Shown here piece after piece: positions 1 to 7,865 of a stretch of DNA of 25,572 bases. Source of the DNA: a virus (taxonomy: Duplodnaviria > Heunggongvirae > Uroviricota > Caudoviricetes); the IMG/VR virus record IMGVR_UViG_2910903598_000005, positions 133,058 through 158,629 of that record; one strand, 5' to 3'. The position numbers were made by a program, and so were the translations under genes. The notes below the pieces were generated by a model that worked only from the letters and a program-made list of their open reading frames with translations, was not told the DNA's origin and did no database searches. The stretch's first letter is position 1. Each line of letters begins with the position of its first letter.

Positions 1-546
1 GGTATGGATAATGTGGTTGTAATCTCTCCTCGTAAGTCAGGTTGCATAAACTCTACAGAAGAACTTAATGTAGCAATTCAGAAAGAATTGTATAAAAATA
101 AATCCAATGCAAGGTTTGTTACATATGGCAAAACAAAGAAGTTTTATGTGGGAGATAAAGTGCTTCAAACCAGTAATGACTATGAAAGAAACACATTTAA
201 TGGAGATATTGGATACATTACTGGCATTGATTATGATAAGAAAGTTGTTCACGCCATGATGAATCCAGACATGGATAAGAAGATGATTGAATATTCTTTT
301 GCTCAGTTAGGACAACTTCAATTGGCATATGCATTAACAACGCATAAGCTTCAAGGATCGGCTGCTCAAACTGTAATTGGCATCATTGACAACACACATT
401 ACAAATTGCTTGATAACTGTATGCTATATACAATGTTAACACGAGCTAAGAAAAGATTTGCGCTCCTTGCAGAACCAGAAGCGTTCAAGAGATGTATCGT
501 AACAAATCATAATAAGAGGCGCACTTGGTTAAGCCTAAAAAATTAA
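1..546 (+). CDS. RecD2-like SF1B helicase, C-terminal part (5' truncated by the window)
   Basis: VGDKVLQTSNDYERNTFNGDIG, LAYALTTHKLQGS and LYTMLTRAK match RecD/UvrD C-terminal motifs. The frame is open from base 1. Confidence 0.85.
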   Translation, partial: GMDNVVVISPRKSGCINSTEELNVAIQKELYKNKSNARFVTYGKTKKFYVGDKVLQTSNDYERNTFNGDIGYITGIDYDKKVVHAMMNPDMDKKMIEYSFAQLGQLQLAYALTTHKLQGSAAQTVIGIIDNTHYKLLDNCMLYTMLTRAKKRFALLAEPEAFKRCIVTNHNKRRTWLSLKN

Positions 547-564
547 CTTTATTCTTTGCACCTA

Positions 565-593
565 TTGACAGGGTGCAAGAAGTATGATAAGAT
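565..593 (+). promoter_or_regulatory. sigma70/sigmaA-type promoter with an inverted repeat around the -35
   Basis: TTGACA (565-570), 17-nt spacer, TG-a-TAAGAT (588-593). TTGCACC (556-562) and GGTGCAA (572-578) flank the -35. Confidence 0.7.
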
Positions 594-615
594 ACCAATA
601 TGTTAATGAAAGGAG

Positions 616-1263
616 ATGCAAAAAATGAGAAAAAAATTTTTAATGAAAGTTATTTCGTTTAGTTTTTTAGCAATGTGTTCAGGCTTTATGACTCACACAG
701 TTAAAGCAGAGGAGCGACCCTCGGTAGAGACTTCAACCTTATCAACAGAGACAACTGTTGCAGAAAATAAGCAAGGCAATGTGATTTCAAACAATCCAAT
801 CAGCCAAAGCGTTGCATTAAAAGATGTTCATGAGCATTATCAGAAATGTAAGAAAGCTGATGAAGAGCAAGCAAGACAGATTCGATTAGAAAAACTTCGA
901 AAGAAACGATTGCGAATTAAACGACAGCGGCTGAAGCGAAAGCGAGAACTTGAAAAAAGTTCGCTTGGAACATTCTTAATCACGGCATATTGTCCATGTT
1001 ATGAGTGTTCGGAAGGATATGGATCTAAGATTTCTTGGAATCATGCAGGGCATAGATTTGCTCGACCGTATCATACGATTGCAGTTGATAAAAACATTAT
1101 CCCTTACGGAACAAGAGTTAAGATTGAGGGATATGGCGATACAATCTTTGTGGCAGAAGATTGTGGAGGCAAAGTAAAAGGAATGCATGTAGACGTGTTC
1201 AAATCAACACATTCCGAAACAGTAAATGTGCAGCAGCACAGAAAAATATATGTAGTGAAGTAA
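616..1263 (+). CDS. Secreted 3D-domain (Asp-Asp-Asp) cell-wall lytic-transglycosylase-like protein
   Basis: N-terminal signal peptide and basic coiled linker. C-terminal ITAY...IAVD...AEDCGG...HVDVF. The start may be the ATG at 625. Confidence 0.8.
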   Translation: MQKMRKKFLMKVISFSFLAMCSGFMTHTVKAEERPSVETSTLSTETTVAENKQGNVISNNPISQSVALKDVHEHYQKCKKADEEQARQIRLEKLRKKRLRIKRQRLKRKRELEKSSLGTFLITAYCPCYECSEGYGSKISWNHAGHRFARPYHTIAVDKNIIPYGTRVKIEGYGDTIFVAEDCGGKVKGMHVDVFKSTHSETVNVQQHRKIYVVK

Positions 1264-1348
1264 TTGGCAGTTACTGAAAGACATAGAAAACACAAATTAA
1301 AATAATTAACTAAACAATATAAACAAGAAAAGGAAAAATCCAAAAATT

Positions 1349-3340
1349 ATGAAAACTGAATATGTGAAAGAAATGAATTTCTTGATCGACAGAATCAATG
1401 ATGCTTCATATGCGTACTACGCAGAGGATAATCCGATCATTTCAGATAAAGAATTTGACGATTTATGCGCTGCTTTAGAACGACTTGAGAGAGATTCTGG
1501 CGTTGTTTTGAACAATTCGCCCATCCACCACGTTCAAGGATTTATAATTGATTCTCTGGCTAAAGTAAAGCACACACGCCCAATGTTATCAGCTCAGAAG
1601 ACGAAGGATGTCAATGAGGTCAAAAAATTTCTTGCGGATAAAATTGGTGTTTTATCGTGGAAGGAAGACGGTTTGACGGTGGTACTAAGGTATGAAAAAG
1701 GACGCTTAAAACAAGCAATTACAAGGGGAAATGGCGAAATTGGTGAGGATGTCACTCACACGATGAAAATGGTACGAAATGTTCCACAGTCAATCCCTGA
1801 AAAGCGTTATCTTGAAATTCGTGGTGAAGCAGTTATTGGATATGATGATTTTGCTAAGATTAATGAAAAATTACATGGCAAATACAAAAATGCAAGAAAT
1901 TTAGCAGCAGGTACTGTTAGACAGTTAGACTCCAATGTGGCAAAAGAAAGGAAGTTGGCTTACAAAGTATTTGAATTAGTCAAACTTGGAGACACACCTG
2001 AATCAGAAATGCCAAGCATTGCAGATAGCTTTAAATATCTTGCAGAACAAGGGTTTGACGTAGTAGAGCATCAGGTCGTTAACCGAGATAATGTTGAAGA
2101 GTATATGGCAACATTTCAGCCAAAAGAATACAAATATCCTGTTGATGGTTTAATTATTTCCTACAACGATTATCAATATGGTAAATCGTTAGGAATGACG
2201 GGACATCATCCATTATCGTTGATCGCCTACAAATATAAAGATGACCTCTACGAAACAACAATCAGAGATATTGAATGGAATACATCTCGCACAGGACTAA
2301 TTAATCCAGTTGCAGTATTTGATCCAGTTGATCTTGATGGTGCAGAAACTACAAGAGCCACATTACATAATGTAAGTTACATTGAGGGATTAGAACTTGG
2401 TGTAGGCGATACGATTCAGGTTTATCGTAGTAATATGGTAATTCCAAAAGTACACGATAATCTGACAAGAAGCAATACATTCAAGATTCCAGATACTTGT
2501 CCAACCTGCGGTGGCGAAGCAAAAATCATCAATGAGAATGACAGTAAGGTTCTGAAATGCATGAATCCTGACTGCAAGGCAAAACTATTAAGCAAATTTG
2601 TGAATTTTGTTTCCAGAGATGCAATGAATGTTCAAGGTTTATCTGAGGCAACACTGAAAAGATTTATTGATCTTGGATGGCTGAAAGATTATACAGATAT
2701 TTATAATTTAGCAGAGCATAAATCTGAGATGAAGAACCTTGATGGATTTGGTGCAAAAAGTGTTTCTTCCTTATTAAATAGTATCGAGGAAAGTCGCAGA
2801 TGCAAACTGGTTAATTTCGTAACAGCACTTGGCATTGAACTTGTCGGGAAGTCAACGGCAAAGGATATTTGCAAGCTTATTGATAAGATTTCTCTATCAA
2901 ATAACGAAAATCCATATGATGTGTTTATCGAAAGAATCAAAAAGAGAAAATATTTTGGACATATTGATGGTATTGGTATCAATACTTCATTGTCAATGGA
3001 TGATTATTTCAAAGAAAATCTTGAAATGGTTGAGAAATTAGCCGAAGAACTTGAATTTGAAATGCCAGAAAGCAAGAAAGAATCTGCTGTTAACCTCACA
3101 GGAATGACTTTTGTTGTAACTGGTAAGGTAAATAAGTTTGCCAATCGTAATGCTATCAAAGATGAAATTGAGTCCAGAGGTGGCAAGGTTGCAGGATCTG
3201 TATCAAAGAATACGAATTATCTTGTGAACAATGATGTGAATTCTACAAGCGGTAAGAATAAAAAGGCACAACAGTTAGGCATTCCGATCATTGATGAAGA
3301 TGAATTAATCAAGATTCTGAAGGGAGATATGAGTGAATAA
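1349..3340 (+). CDS. ligA: NAD-dependent DNA ligase
   Basis: KEDG adenylation motif, TRGNGEIGEDVT, EIRGE, OB fold (SRTGLINPVA), Cys4 Zn finger, HhH repeats and a BRCT domain (GGKVAGSVSKNT). Confidence 0.97.
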   Translation: MKTEYVKEMNFLIDRINDASYAYYAEDNPIISDKEFDDLCAALERLERDSGVVLNNSPIHHVQGFIIDSLAKVKHTRPMLSAQKTKDVNEVKKFLADKIGVLSWKEDGLTVVLRYEKGRLKQAITRGNGEIGEDVTHTMKMVRNVPQSIPEKRYLEIRGEAVIGYDDFAKINEKLHGKYKNARNLAAGTVRQLDSNVAKERKLAYKVFELVKLGDTPESEMPSIADSFKYLAEQGFDVVEHQVVNRDNVEEYMATFQPKEYKYPVDGLIISYNDYQYGKSLGMTGHHPLSLIAYKYKDDLYETTIRDIEWNTSRTGLINPVAVFDPVDLDGAETTRATLHNVSYIEGLELGVGDTIQVYRSNMVIPKVHDNLTRSNTFKIPDTCPTCGGEAKIINENDSKVLKCMNPDCKAKLLSKFVNFVSRDAMNVQGLSEATLKRFIDLGWLKDYTDIYNLAEHKSEMKNLDGFGAKSVSSLLNSIEESRRCKLVNFVTALGIELVGKSTAKDICKLIDKISLSNNENPYDVFIERIKKRKYFGHIDGIGINTSLSMDDYFKENLEMVEKLAEELEFEMPESKKESAVNLTGMTFVVTGKVNKFANRNAIKDEIESRGGKVAGSVSKNTNYLVNNDVNSTSGKNKKAQQLGIPIIDEDELIKILKGDMSE

Positions 3341-3674
3341 ATTAACCATTTATGAATGTTTGGTAAAGTGGGGAATCCCAGAAAGTCGAATTGAAAAGCT
3401 GGTTGTAAAAGACAATTATGTAGAATATCGCATCTGGGAGCCGTGTTCAATTTGCTATAACGGAGAAACATACAAATATGGTAGACGTTGTAAAGTAAAA
3501 TATCTTGCTACTCCAGACGAGATGGATCTAGTTTTTGACGAGAGTTACTTCGTTAAAGATGAAGATACAGAGTTTTGGACAGAAGATTATGAATTCTACA
3601 AACAGCAGACAGGTGTAGAACCTTCAGAAATTGATTGGTCAAAACAAAAAGAAATTAAACACCCTAAGATTTAA
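3333..3674 (+). CDS. Hypothetical protein
   Basis: 113-aa ORF overlapping the ligA end, with GGGAG SD. Confidence 0.65.
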   Translation: MNKLTIYECLVKWGIPESRIEKLVVKDNYVEYRIWEPCSICYNGETYKYGRRCKVKYLATPDEMDLVFDESYFVKDEDTEFWTEDYEFYKQQTGVEPSEIDWSKQKEIKHPKI

Positions 3675-3692
3675 AAGGAGAAAATTGAATAT

Positions 3693-4100
3693 ATGAAATT
3701 AAACATTAAAAAACGAATGGCGGTTATTGCTGCAATTGGATGTCTCAGTATTGGTGGTATTGTGACAGGATGCACTGAAGCCGATAAGGTATCAACTAAC
3801 GTATCCAAAGAAGCAGACAATTTTAATGTCTTAAGACGATTTGCTGTAATTAATACACGAACAGATAAAGTTGAGTTTGAAATTGTTGGAGCATTTTCTT
3901 TAGAAGATGAAGGTAGTAAGAAAGTAAAACTTATTGTCGAAACAGCAGATGGCTCATATAAGAAACATATTGTCCACATGAATCGAGATAGCATGTATGT
4001 AATCGAAGATTTAGGTGGGGCTAAAGTTAACAAATATAAATATGAAGTTAACTATATTCCAGAATCAATTGTTCCATTTAAAGTTACAGAGAGTAAATAA
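3693..4100 (+). CDS. Putative lipoprotein (conserved in Firmicutes phages)
   Basis: AAGGAG SD, basic N-terminus, hydrophobic stretch and lipobox-like IVTG-C. Confidence 0.75.
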   Translation: MKLNIKKRMAVIAAIGCLSIGGIVTGCTEADKVSTNVSKEADNFNVLRRFAVINTRTDKVEFEIVGAFSLEDEGSKKVKLIVETADGSYKKHIVHMNRDSMYVIEDLGGAKVNKYKYEVNYIPESIVPFKVTESK

Positions 4101-4111
4101 GGTGCCGTGGT

Positions 4112-4576
4112 ATGGTAGGTAAACTTATTGACGTTACAAATTTCAATCCGCAAGAGGCGGTTGAGTTTATAAGAATGAGATGTACAAATTGTGATATTTA
4201 CTATTTTTGCAACGGAGCAGATGCCAAAATATGCAATGACAAAGTAGATTATCTTTTAGAAAAATTCAGAAGAAATAGTAAAGGAGAGAACGAAATGATT
4301 GTTACAGGAATGGATCACTTTCAGAGTGTATGTAAACGAAAATTAGTTGATTGGTATAACAAACATTGCGAAGAAAATCATTTGGCAATGAAAATTGATC
4401 TCAGTAATGTTTTTATCGTCTGGAGTTGTAAGACTTTACAGAACTATAAATGCTTAGCATCTACGACAGTAAGCGGTGATGGTATCTATGCAGAGTATAC
4501 ATACAATGGCGATAAGCAGGAGCTGTACGAAGATGTGTATAAGAAATTAACAAATACATGTCATACGGAAGAATAA
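4112..4576 (+). CDS. Hypothetical Cys-rich N-terminal part read in frame into a DUF6275-like protein (internal start 4295)
   Basis: A strong SD AAGGAG (4281-4286) precedes the in-frame ATG at 4295. VFIVWSCKTLQNYKCL...YAEYTYNGDKQELYEDVYKK is DUF6275-like (from recall). Confidence 0.7.
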   Translation: MVGKLIDVTNFNPQEAVEFIRMRCTNCDIYYFCNGADAKICNDKVDYLLEKFRRNSKGENEMIVTGMDHFQSVCKRKLVDWYNKHCEENHLAMKIDLSNVFIVWSCKTLQNYKCLASTTVSGDGIYAEYTYNGDKQELYEDVYKKLTNTCHTEE

Positions 4577-4587
4577 AGGAGAGCTGA

Positions 4588-4728
4588 ATGGACAAAGCAC
4601 AGAAACATTGGGAGCGAATACAGCAGAAAAAGAAAAGGGAAGCTGAACAAATTTCGGCTGCAATAGTCAAAAGAGATGCATGGATTATGGATGCGGCAGA
4701 ATGTTTGGTGCGACAGTTTAGAAGATAG
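4588..4728 (+). CDS. Small hypothetical protein (46 aa, MDKAQKHW...), not in ORF track
   Basis: AAGGAG SD. The ORF fills the gap between its neighbours. Confidence 0.6.
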   Translation: MDKAQKHWERIQQKKKREAEQISAAIVKRDAWIMDAAECLVRQFRR

Positions 4729-4739
4729 GAGAATTTATT

Positions 4740-5003
4740 ATGGATTTTGGAACAGCAATTGATGCAATGAAAGATAAAAGAAAAGTAGCAAGAAAAGGTT
4801 GGAATGGGAAAGGTATGTTTTTATATTATGTTCCAGCAGGAGCTTATGCGCCATGCACAGATATTGCTAAAAGCATTGTAAACAAAGACGGATTAGTCGA
4901 ATATGGTGCTTATATTGCAATGAAAACAGCACAGGGTAACGTTGTTCCTTGGCTTGCAAGTCAGACAGATATGTTAGCTGAAGACTGGATGATCGTAGAG
5001 TAG
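4740..5003 (+). CDS. tad2: Thoeris anti-defence Tad2-family (DUF2829) sponge protein
   Basis: 87 aa with FGTAIDAMK...RKGWNGKGMFL...IAMKTAQGNVVPWLASQTDMLAEDW, matching the recalled Tad2 hallmark motifs GWNGK.MF and W..SQTD.LAEDW. Confidence 0.85.
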   Translation: MDFGTAIDAMKDKRKVARKGWNGKGMFLYYVPAGAYAPCTDIAKSIVNKDGLVEYGAYIAMKTAQGNVVPWLASQTDMLAEDWMIVE

Positions 5004-5035
5004 ATAAAATTAATCTTTGATGAAAGGGATAACAG

Positions 5036-5263
5036 ATGAAGAAATTATTAACTTCGTTATTTGTTGAAAACAAATATCATGCAGGAACGATCTTAGGTAC
5101 AATCTTAGGATTAATGGTTGTAATCGCTGTCAACTTTGCAATCGTAAATCTGTTTATTTGGTTACTACATTTTGTTGTGGTAAATCCGCTAATTGTTCCA
5201 ACGAAAACAAAATGGATTATCGCAGTAATTTTTACAATTTTAGAAAACATCTTTAACAGGTAG
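5036..5263 (+). CDS. Small membrane protein
   Basis: 75 aa with two hydrophobic segments and an AAGGGA SD. Confidence 0.7.
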   Translation: MKKLLTSLFVENKYHAGTILGTILGLMVVIAVNFAIVNLFIWLLHFVVVNPLIVPTKTKWIIAVIFTILENIFNR

Positions 5264-5271
5264 GTGATTAA

Positions 5272-6096
5272 ATGGCTTTGATTGGAGCAATTTTAGGAGA
5301 TATTTGCGGTTCTCAATATGAGTTCCGCAGACCTCACAATTTAGATTGGAAGAACTGTGAATTGTTTACAGATAAATGTAAATACACAGATGATACAGTT
5401 CTCAGTATTGCAACAGGTATGTGGTTGTTAGATGAAACCAATAAAGAACCTTGGGAGTTCTATTTAGAATATGGTAAGAAATATTCTGGCGTAGGATATG
5501 GAGAAATGTTCGAAGACTGGTTGTACGATGATGGAAACCATGTAAACGAGAGTTTTGGCAATGGATGCGCAATGAGAGTTTCACCAATTATGATGTATTT
5601 TAATGGATTTTCAGACAATCCAGATGCATTTAAATTTTATATTGATATTGCACGATATACATGTGAGAAAACCCACAGCCACTCAGAATCTTACAAAGGA
5701 GCATCGGTTGTGACAAGTTGTTCTTTTATGGCTCGTTGGGGCAGATCAAAAGAAGAAATTTACAAATATGCCTTAAGGTTTTATCCATCTAGTCAGTATA
5801 CATATGGTGTTGATCGACCACTTGAAGATTATAGAAAGAATTATGTTTGGTCTGCGACAGTTCAAGATAGTGTGCCTGTGGCAATTAGATGTTTCTTGGA
5901 AAGCGAAGATTATGAATCATTTTTAAGAAATGTATTATCTTTGCCATGTGACACAGACACGATTGCTGCTATTGGCGGTGGTATTGCAGAAGATTTCTAC
6001 AAGAAGACACTTGATAACTCAAATGAGCTTTTAGAAAGATATTTGCCAAAAGAATTATTAGATGATGTAAGTAAAATTTACAATGAAATGCCATAA
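5272..6096 (+). CDS. ADP-ribosylglycohydrolase (DraG/ARH family)
   Basis: GAILGDICGS, YTDDT, GNGCAMR, THSH and DTDTIAAIGGGIA motifs. Confidence 0.92.
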   Translation: MALIGAILGDICGSQYEFRRPHNLDWKNCELFTDKCKYTDDTVLSIATGMWLLDETNKEPWEFYLEYGKKYSGVGYGEMFEDWLYDDGNHVNESFGNGCAMRVSPIMMYFNGFSDNPDAFKFYIDIARYTCEKTHSHSESYKGASVVTSCSFMARWGRSKEEIYKYALRFYPSSQYTYGVDRPLEDYRKNYVWSATVQDSVPVAIRCFLESEDYESFLRNVLSLPCDTDTIAAIGGGIAEDFYKKTLDNSNELLERYLPKELLDDVSKIYNEMP

Positions 6097-6111
6097 GGTA
6101 GGTGATTCAAT

Positions 6112-6315
6112 ATCATAAAGAAAATCTTAAAATTTTTCTTGTCGATGATCGTACTGACCATCGTCTGGTTTCTTGCAACATTCATATCTGTTGGTGTATT
6201 TGCATTTGCGTTTTGGATAATAACAAATATTGTAATACCAATTGGAGTAGTAGTAATTGTAACAATTGTATTAATGGCGATCGCCTTCTATGTGGTGACA
6301 TCGTTCATGGATTGA
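6112..6315 (+). CDS. Small membrane protein, probably with a non-canonical ATC/ATA start
   Basis: Frame reads IIKKILKFFLSMIVLTIVWFLATFISVGVFAFAFWIITNIVIPIGVVVIVTIVLMAIAFYVVTSFMD*. SD AGGTGA at 6100-6105 with an in-frame TGA at 6103. Confidence 0.6.
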   Translation: MIKKILKFFLSMIVLTIVWFLATFISVGVFAFAFWIITNIVIPIGVVVIVTIVLMAIAFYVVTSFMD

Positions 6316-6337
6316 TAAATTAAAAGGAGAATATATT

Positions 6338-6898
6338 ATGAGAATTAAAAAATTATTAATCGCTGGAGCATTAATGTTAACAGCAGTAGGATGCGTTTCA
6401 GCATATACTATTTATGCAGATACACTAAATAATAACACTGATAAACAGGTTTCTGCAACAACAGAAGGTAAGTCAACTACAGAAACTACAAAGAACACAA
6501 CAGAGCAGAAAAATAATAAGAAAAATGCCGTCAAAGAAGATTCTAAAGATACAACAAATGATGTATCGGCAACAACAGAAGAAGAAAAAAATACTGAAAA
6601 TTCTACCGCAGACGATACAGACGATGCAGATTATACAGAACCAGAATACCCAGATGACGCAGATGAAACCTGTGATCATGTGTGGTCAGAAAAAACAATT
6701 GCATATGATGAAGAGAATGGATATCATTGGACAACTTATTGCGAAAAATGTGGAACTGTTAAAACAGAGCCAGCCACAGAAGAGGATTATGAAAGACTCG
6801 ACCCTGCAACAAAAGTAAAAGAAGAAGATATTGAATATGTAGATGATGATTCTGCTGAGGTCGTAGAGGAATCGTCAGAAACAGCAACTGAAAACTAA
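6338..6898 (+). CDS. Exported acidic low-complexity protein with a small C-x-H...CxxC metal-binding motif
   Basis: Signal peptide, T/K/D/E-rich linker and TCDHVW...TTYCEKCG. Confidence 0.75.
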   Translation: MRIKKLLIAGALMLTAVGCVSAYTIYADTLNNNTDKQVSATTEGKSTTETTKNTTEQKNNKKNAVKEDSKDTTNDVSATTEEEKNTENSTADDTDDADYTEPEYPDDADETCDHVWSEKTIAYDEENGYHWTTYCEKCGTVKTEPATEEDYERLDPATKVKEEDIEYVDDDSAEVVEESSETATEN

Positions 6899-6925
6899 AA
6901 TATAGCCTAAGGAGAAAATGATTAT

Positions 6926-7054
6926 ATGACAAAATTAGATCAGTTAAATTTATTAAAGGATAGAAAAGCCGTCTTAATCGCTAGAGGCAAAGATAACGGC
7001 AAAATCGTAACAAAAATCAATAGAAGAATCAAGAAATTAGAAAAGGACTTATAG
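6926..7054 (+). CDS. Small basic hypothetical protein (42 aa, MTKLDQLNLL...), not in ORF track
   Basis: AAGGAG upstream. The ORF fills the intergenic gap. Confidence 0.55.
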   Translation: MTKLDQLNLLKDRKAVLIARGKDNGKIVTKINRRIKKLEKDL

Positions 7055-7056
7055 AG

Positions 7057-7647
7057 ATGGCAGGAGATAAAAGTAATGTTTTAATCGCTCTGGTTGGGCG
7101 ATCTGGAGCAGGCAAAAGTGTCTCAGCAAAGTATCTGGAAGACATTTACGGTCTGAAATATCTACGATCATACACTACCAGAGAGAAGAGAGCAGATAAA
7201 CTTGATGATCATACATATGTAAACCTAGCTCAGTATTCAAGAATCACAGGCAAGGTTGCAGAGAGTCATTATACTGGCAATTGGTATTGTGCTACAGAAA
7301 GTCAGTGTGATGATGCAGATGTATATGTAGTTGATGTTCCAGGATTAAAACAGTTAAAAGAAAATTATCATAAGAAACATATCTTGGCATTATGTATTGA
7401 TACTCCAAGTGCTACACGTATTCAGAGAATGAAAGATCGTGGAGATACAAGAGATGCGATTGATGAAAGAATGGAAAAAGATGAATCTGTTTTTGAGGAA
7501 GCATATGATTTATGCGACGCGGTTATTAACAATGAAGGAAGTTTATCTATGACTTGTTTGAATATTATGGCTGAGCTAGAAAGATTTAAAAGACAGATTA
7601 GAGACACGGAAGGAGCGACAACAAAGGAAGTTGATCAGAACAATTAA
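7057..7647 (+). CDS. gmk: Guanylate-kinase-like (d)NMP kinase
   Basis: P-loop GRSGAGKS, SYTTREKR, Y-G-N-W-Y-like NMP-binding segment (HYTGNWY), RIQRMKDRGD lid. Confidence 0.8.
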   Translation: MAGDKSNVLIALVGRSGAGKSVSAKYLEDIYGLKYLRSYTTREKRADKLDDHTYVNLAQYSRITGKVAESHYTGNWYCATESQCDDADVYVVDVPGLKQLKENYHKKHILALCIDTPSATRIQRMKDRGDTRDAIDERMEKDESVFEEAYDLCDAVINNEGSLSMTCLNIMAELERFKRQIRDTEGATTKEVDQNN

Positions 7648-7831
7648 TCAGCTTAGAAATTTAGTTTCTAAACTACATATAGAAAAAGAGGTACTTGTTA
7701 AGGATGTAGAAACAGGTAAGACAATGATAATTGAAAGTGTATCAACCGAAAAGATTGATGGTGATGGTAACGATGCACGATATACGTTGAACTGCAAGAA
7801 AGCAGGAGACGGGTGCGTTACATATAGATGA
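7631..7831 (+). CDS. Hypothetical protein
   Basis: 66-aa ORF overlapping the gmk end. The start (TTG 7631 or ATC 7634) is uncertain. Confidence 0.55.
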   Translation: MIRTINQLRNLVSKLHIEKEVLVKDVETGKTMIIESVSTEKIDGDGNDARYTLNCKKAGDGCVTYR

Positions 7832-7865
7832 TGATATTATTACATAATTTATTGGAGGTCTTTTA

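Noticed and set aside
6102-6323. Track ORF MIQYHKENL...
   Set aside because: The GTG is part of the SD. The alternative frame 6112-6315 gives a coherent two-helix membrane protein.
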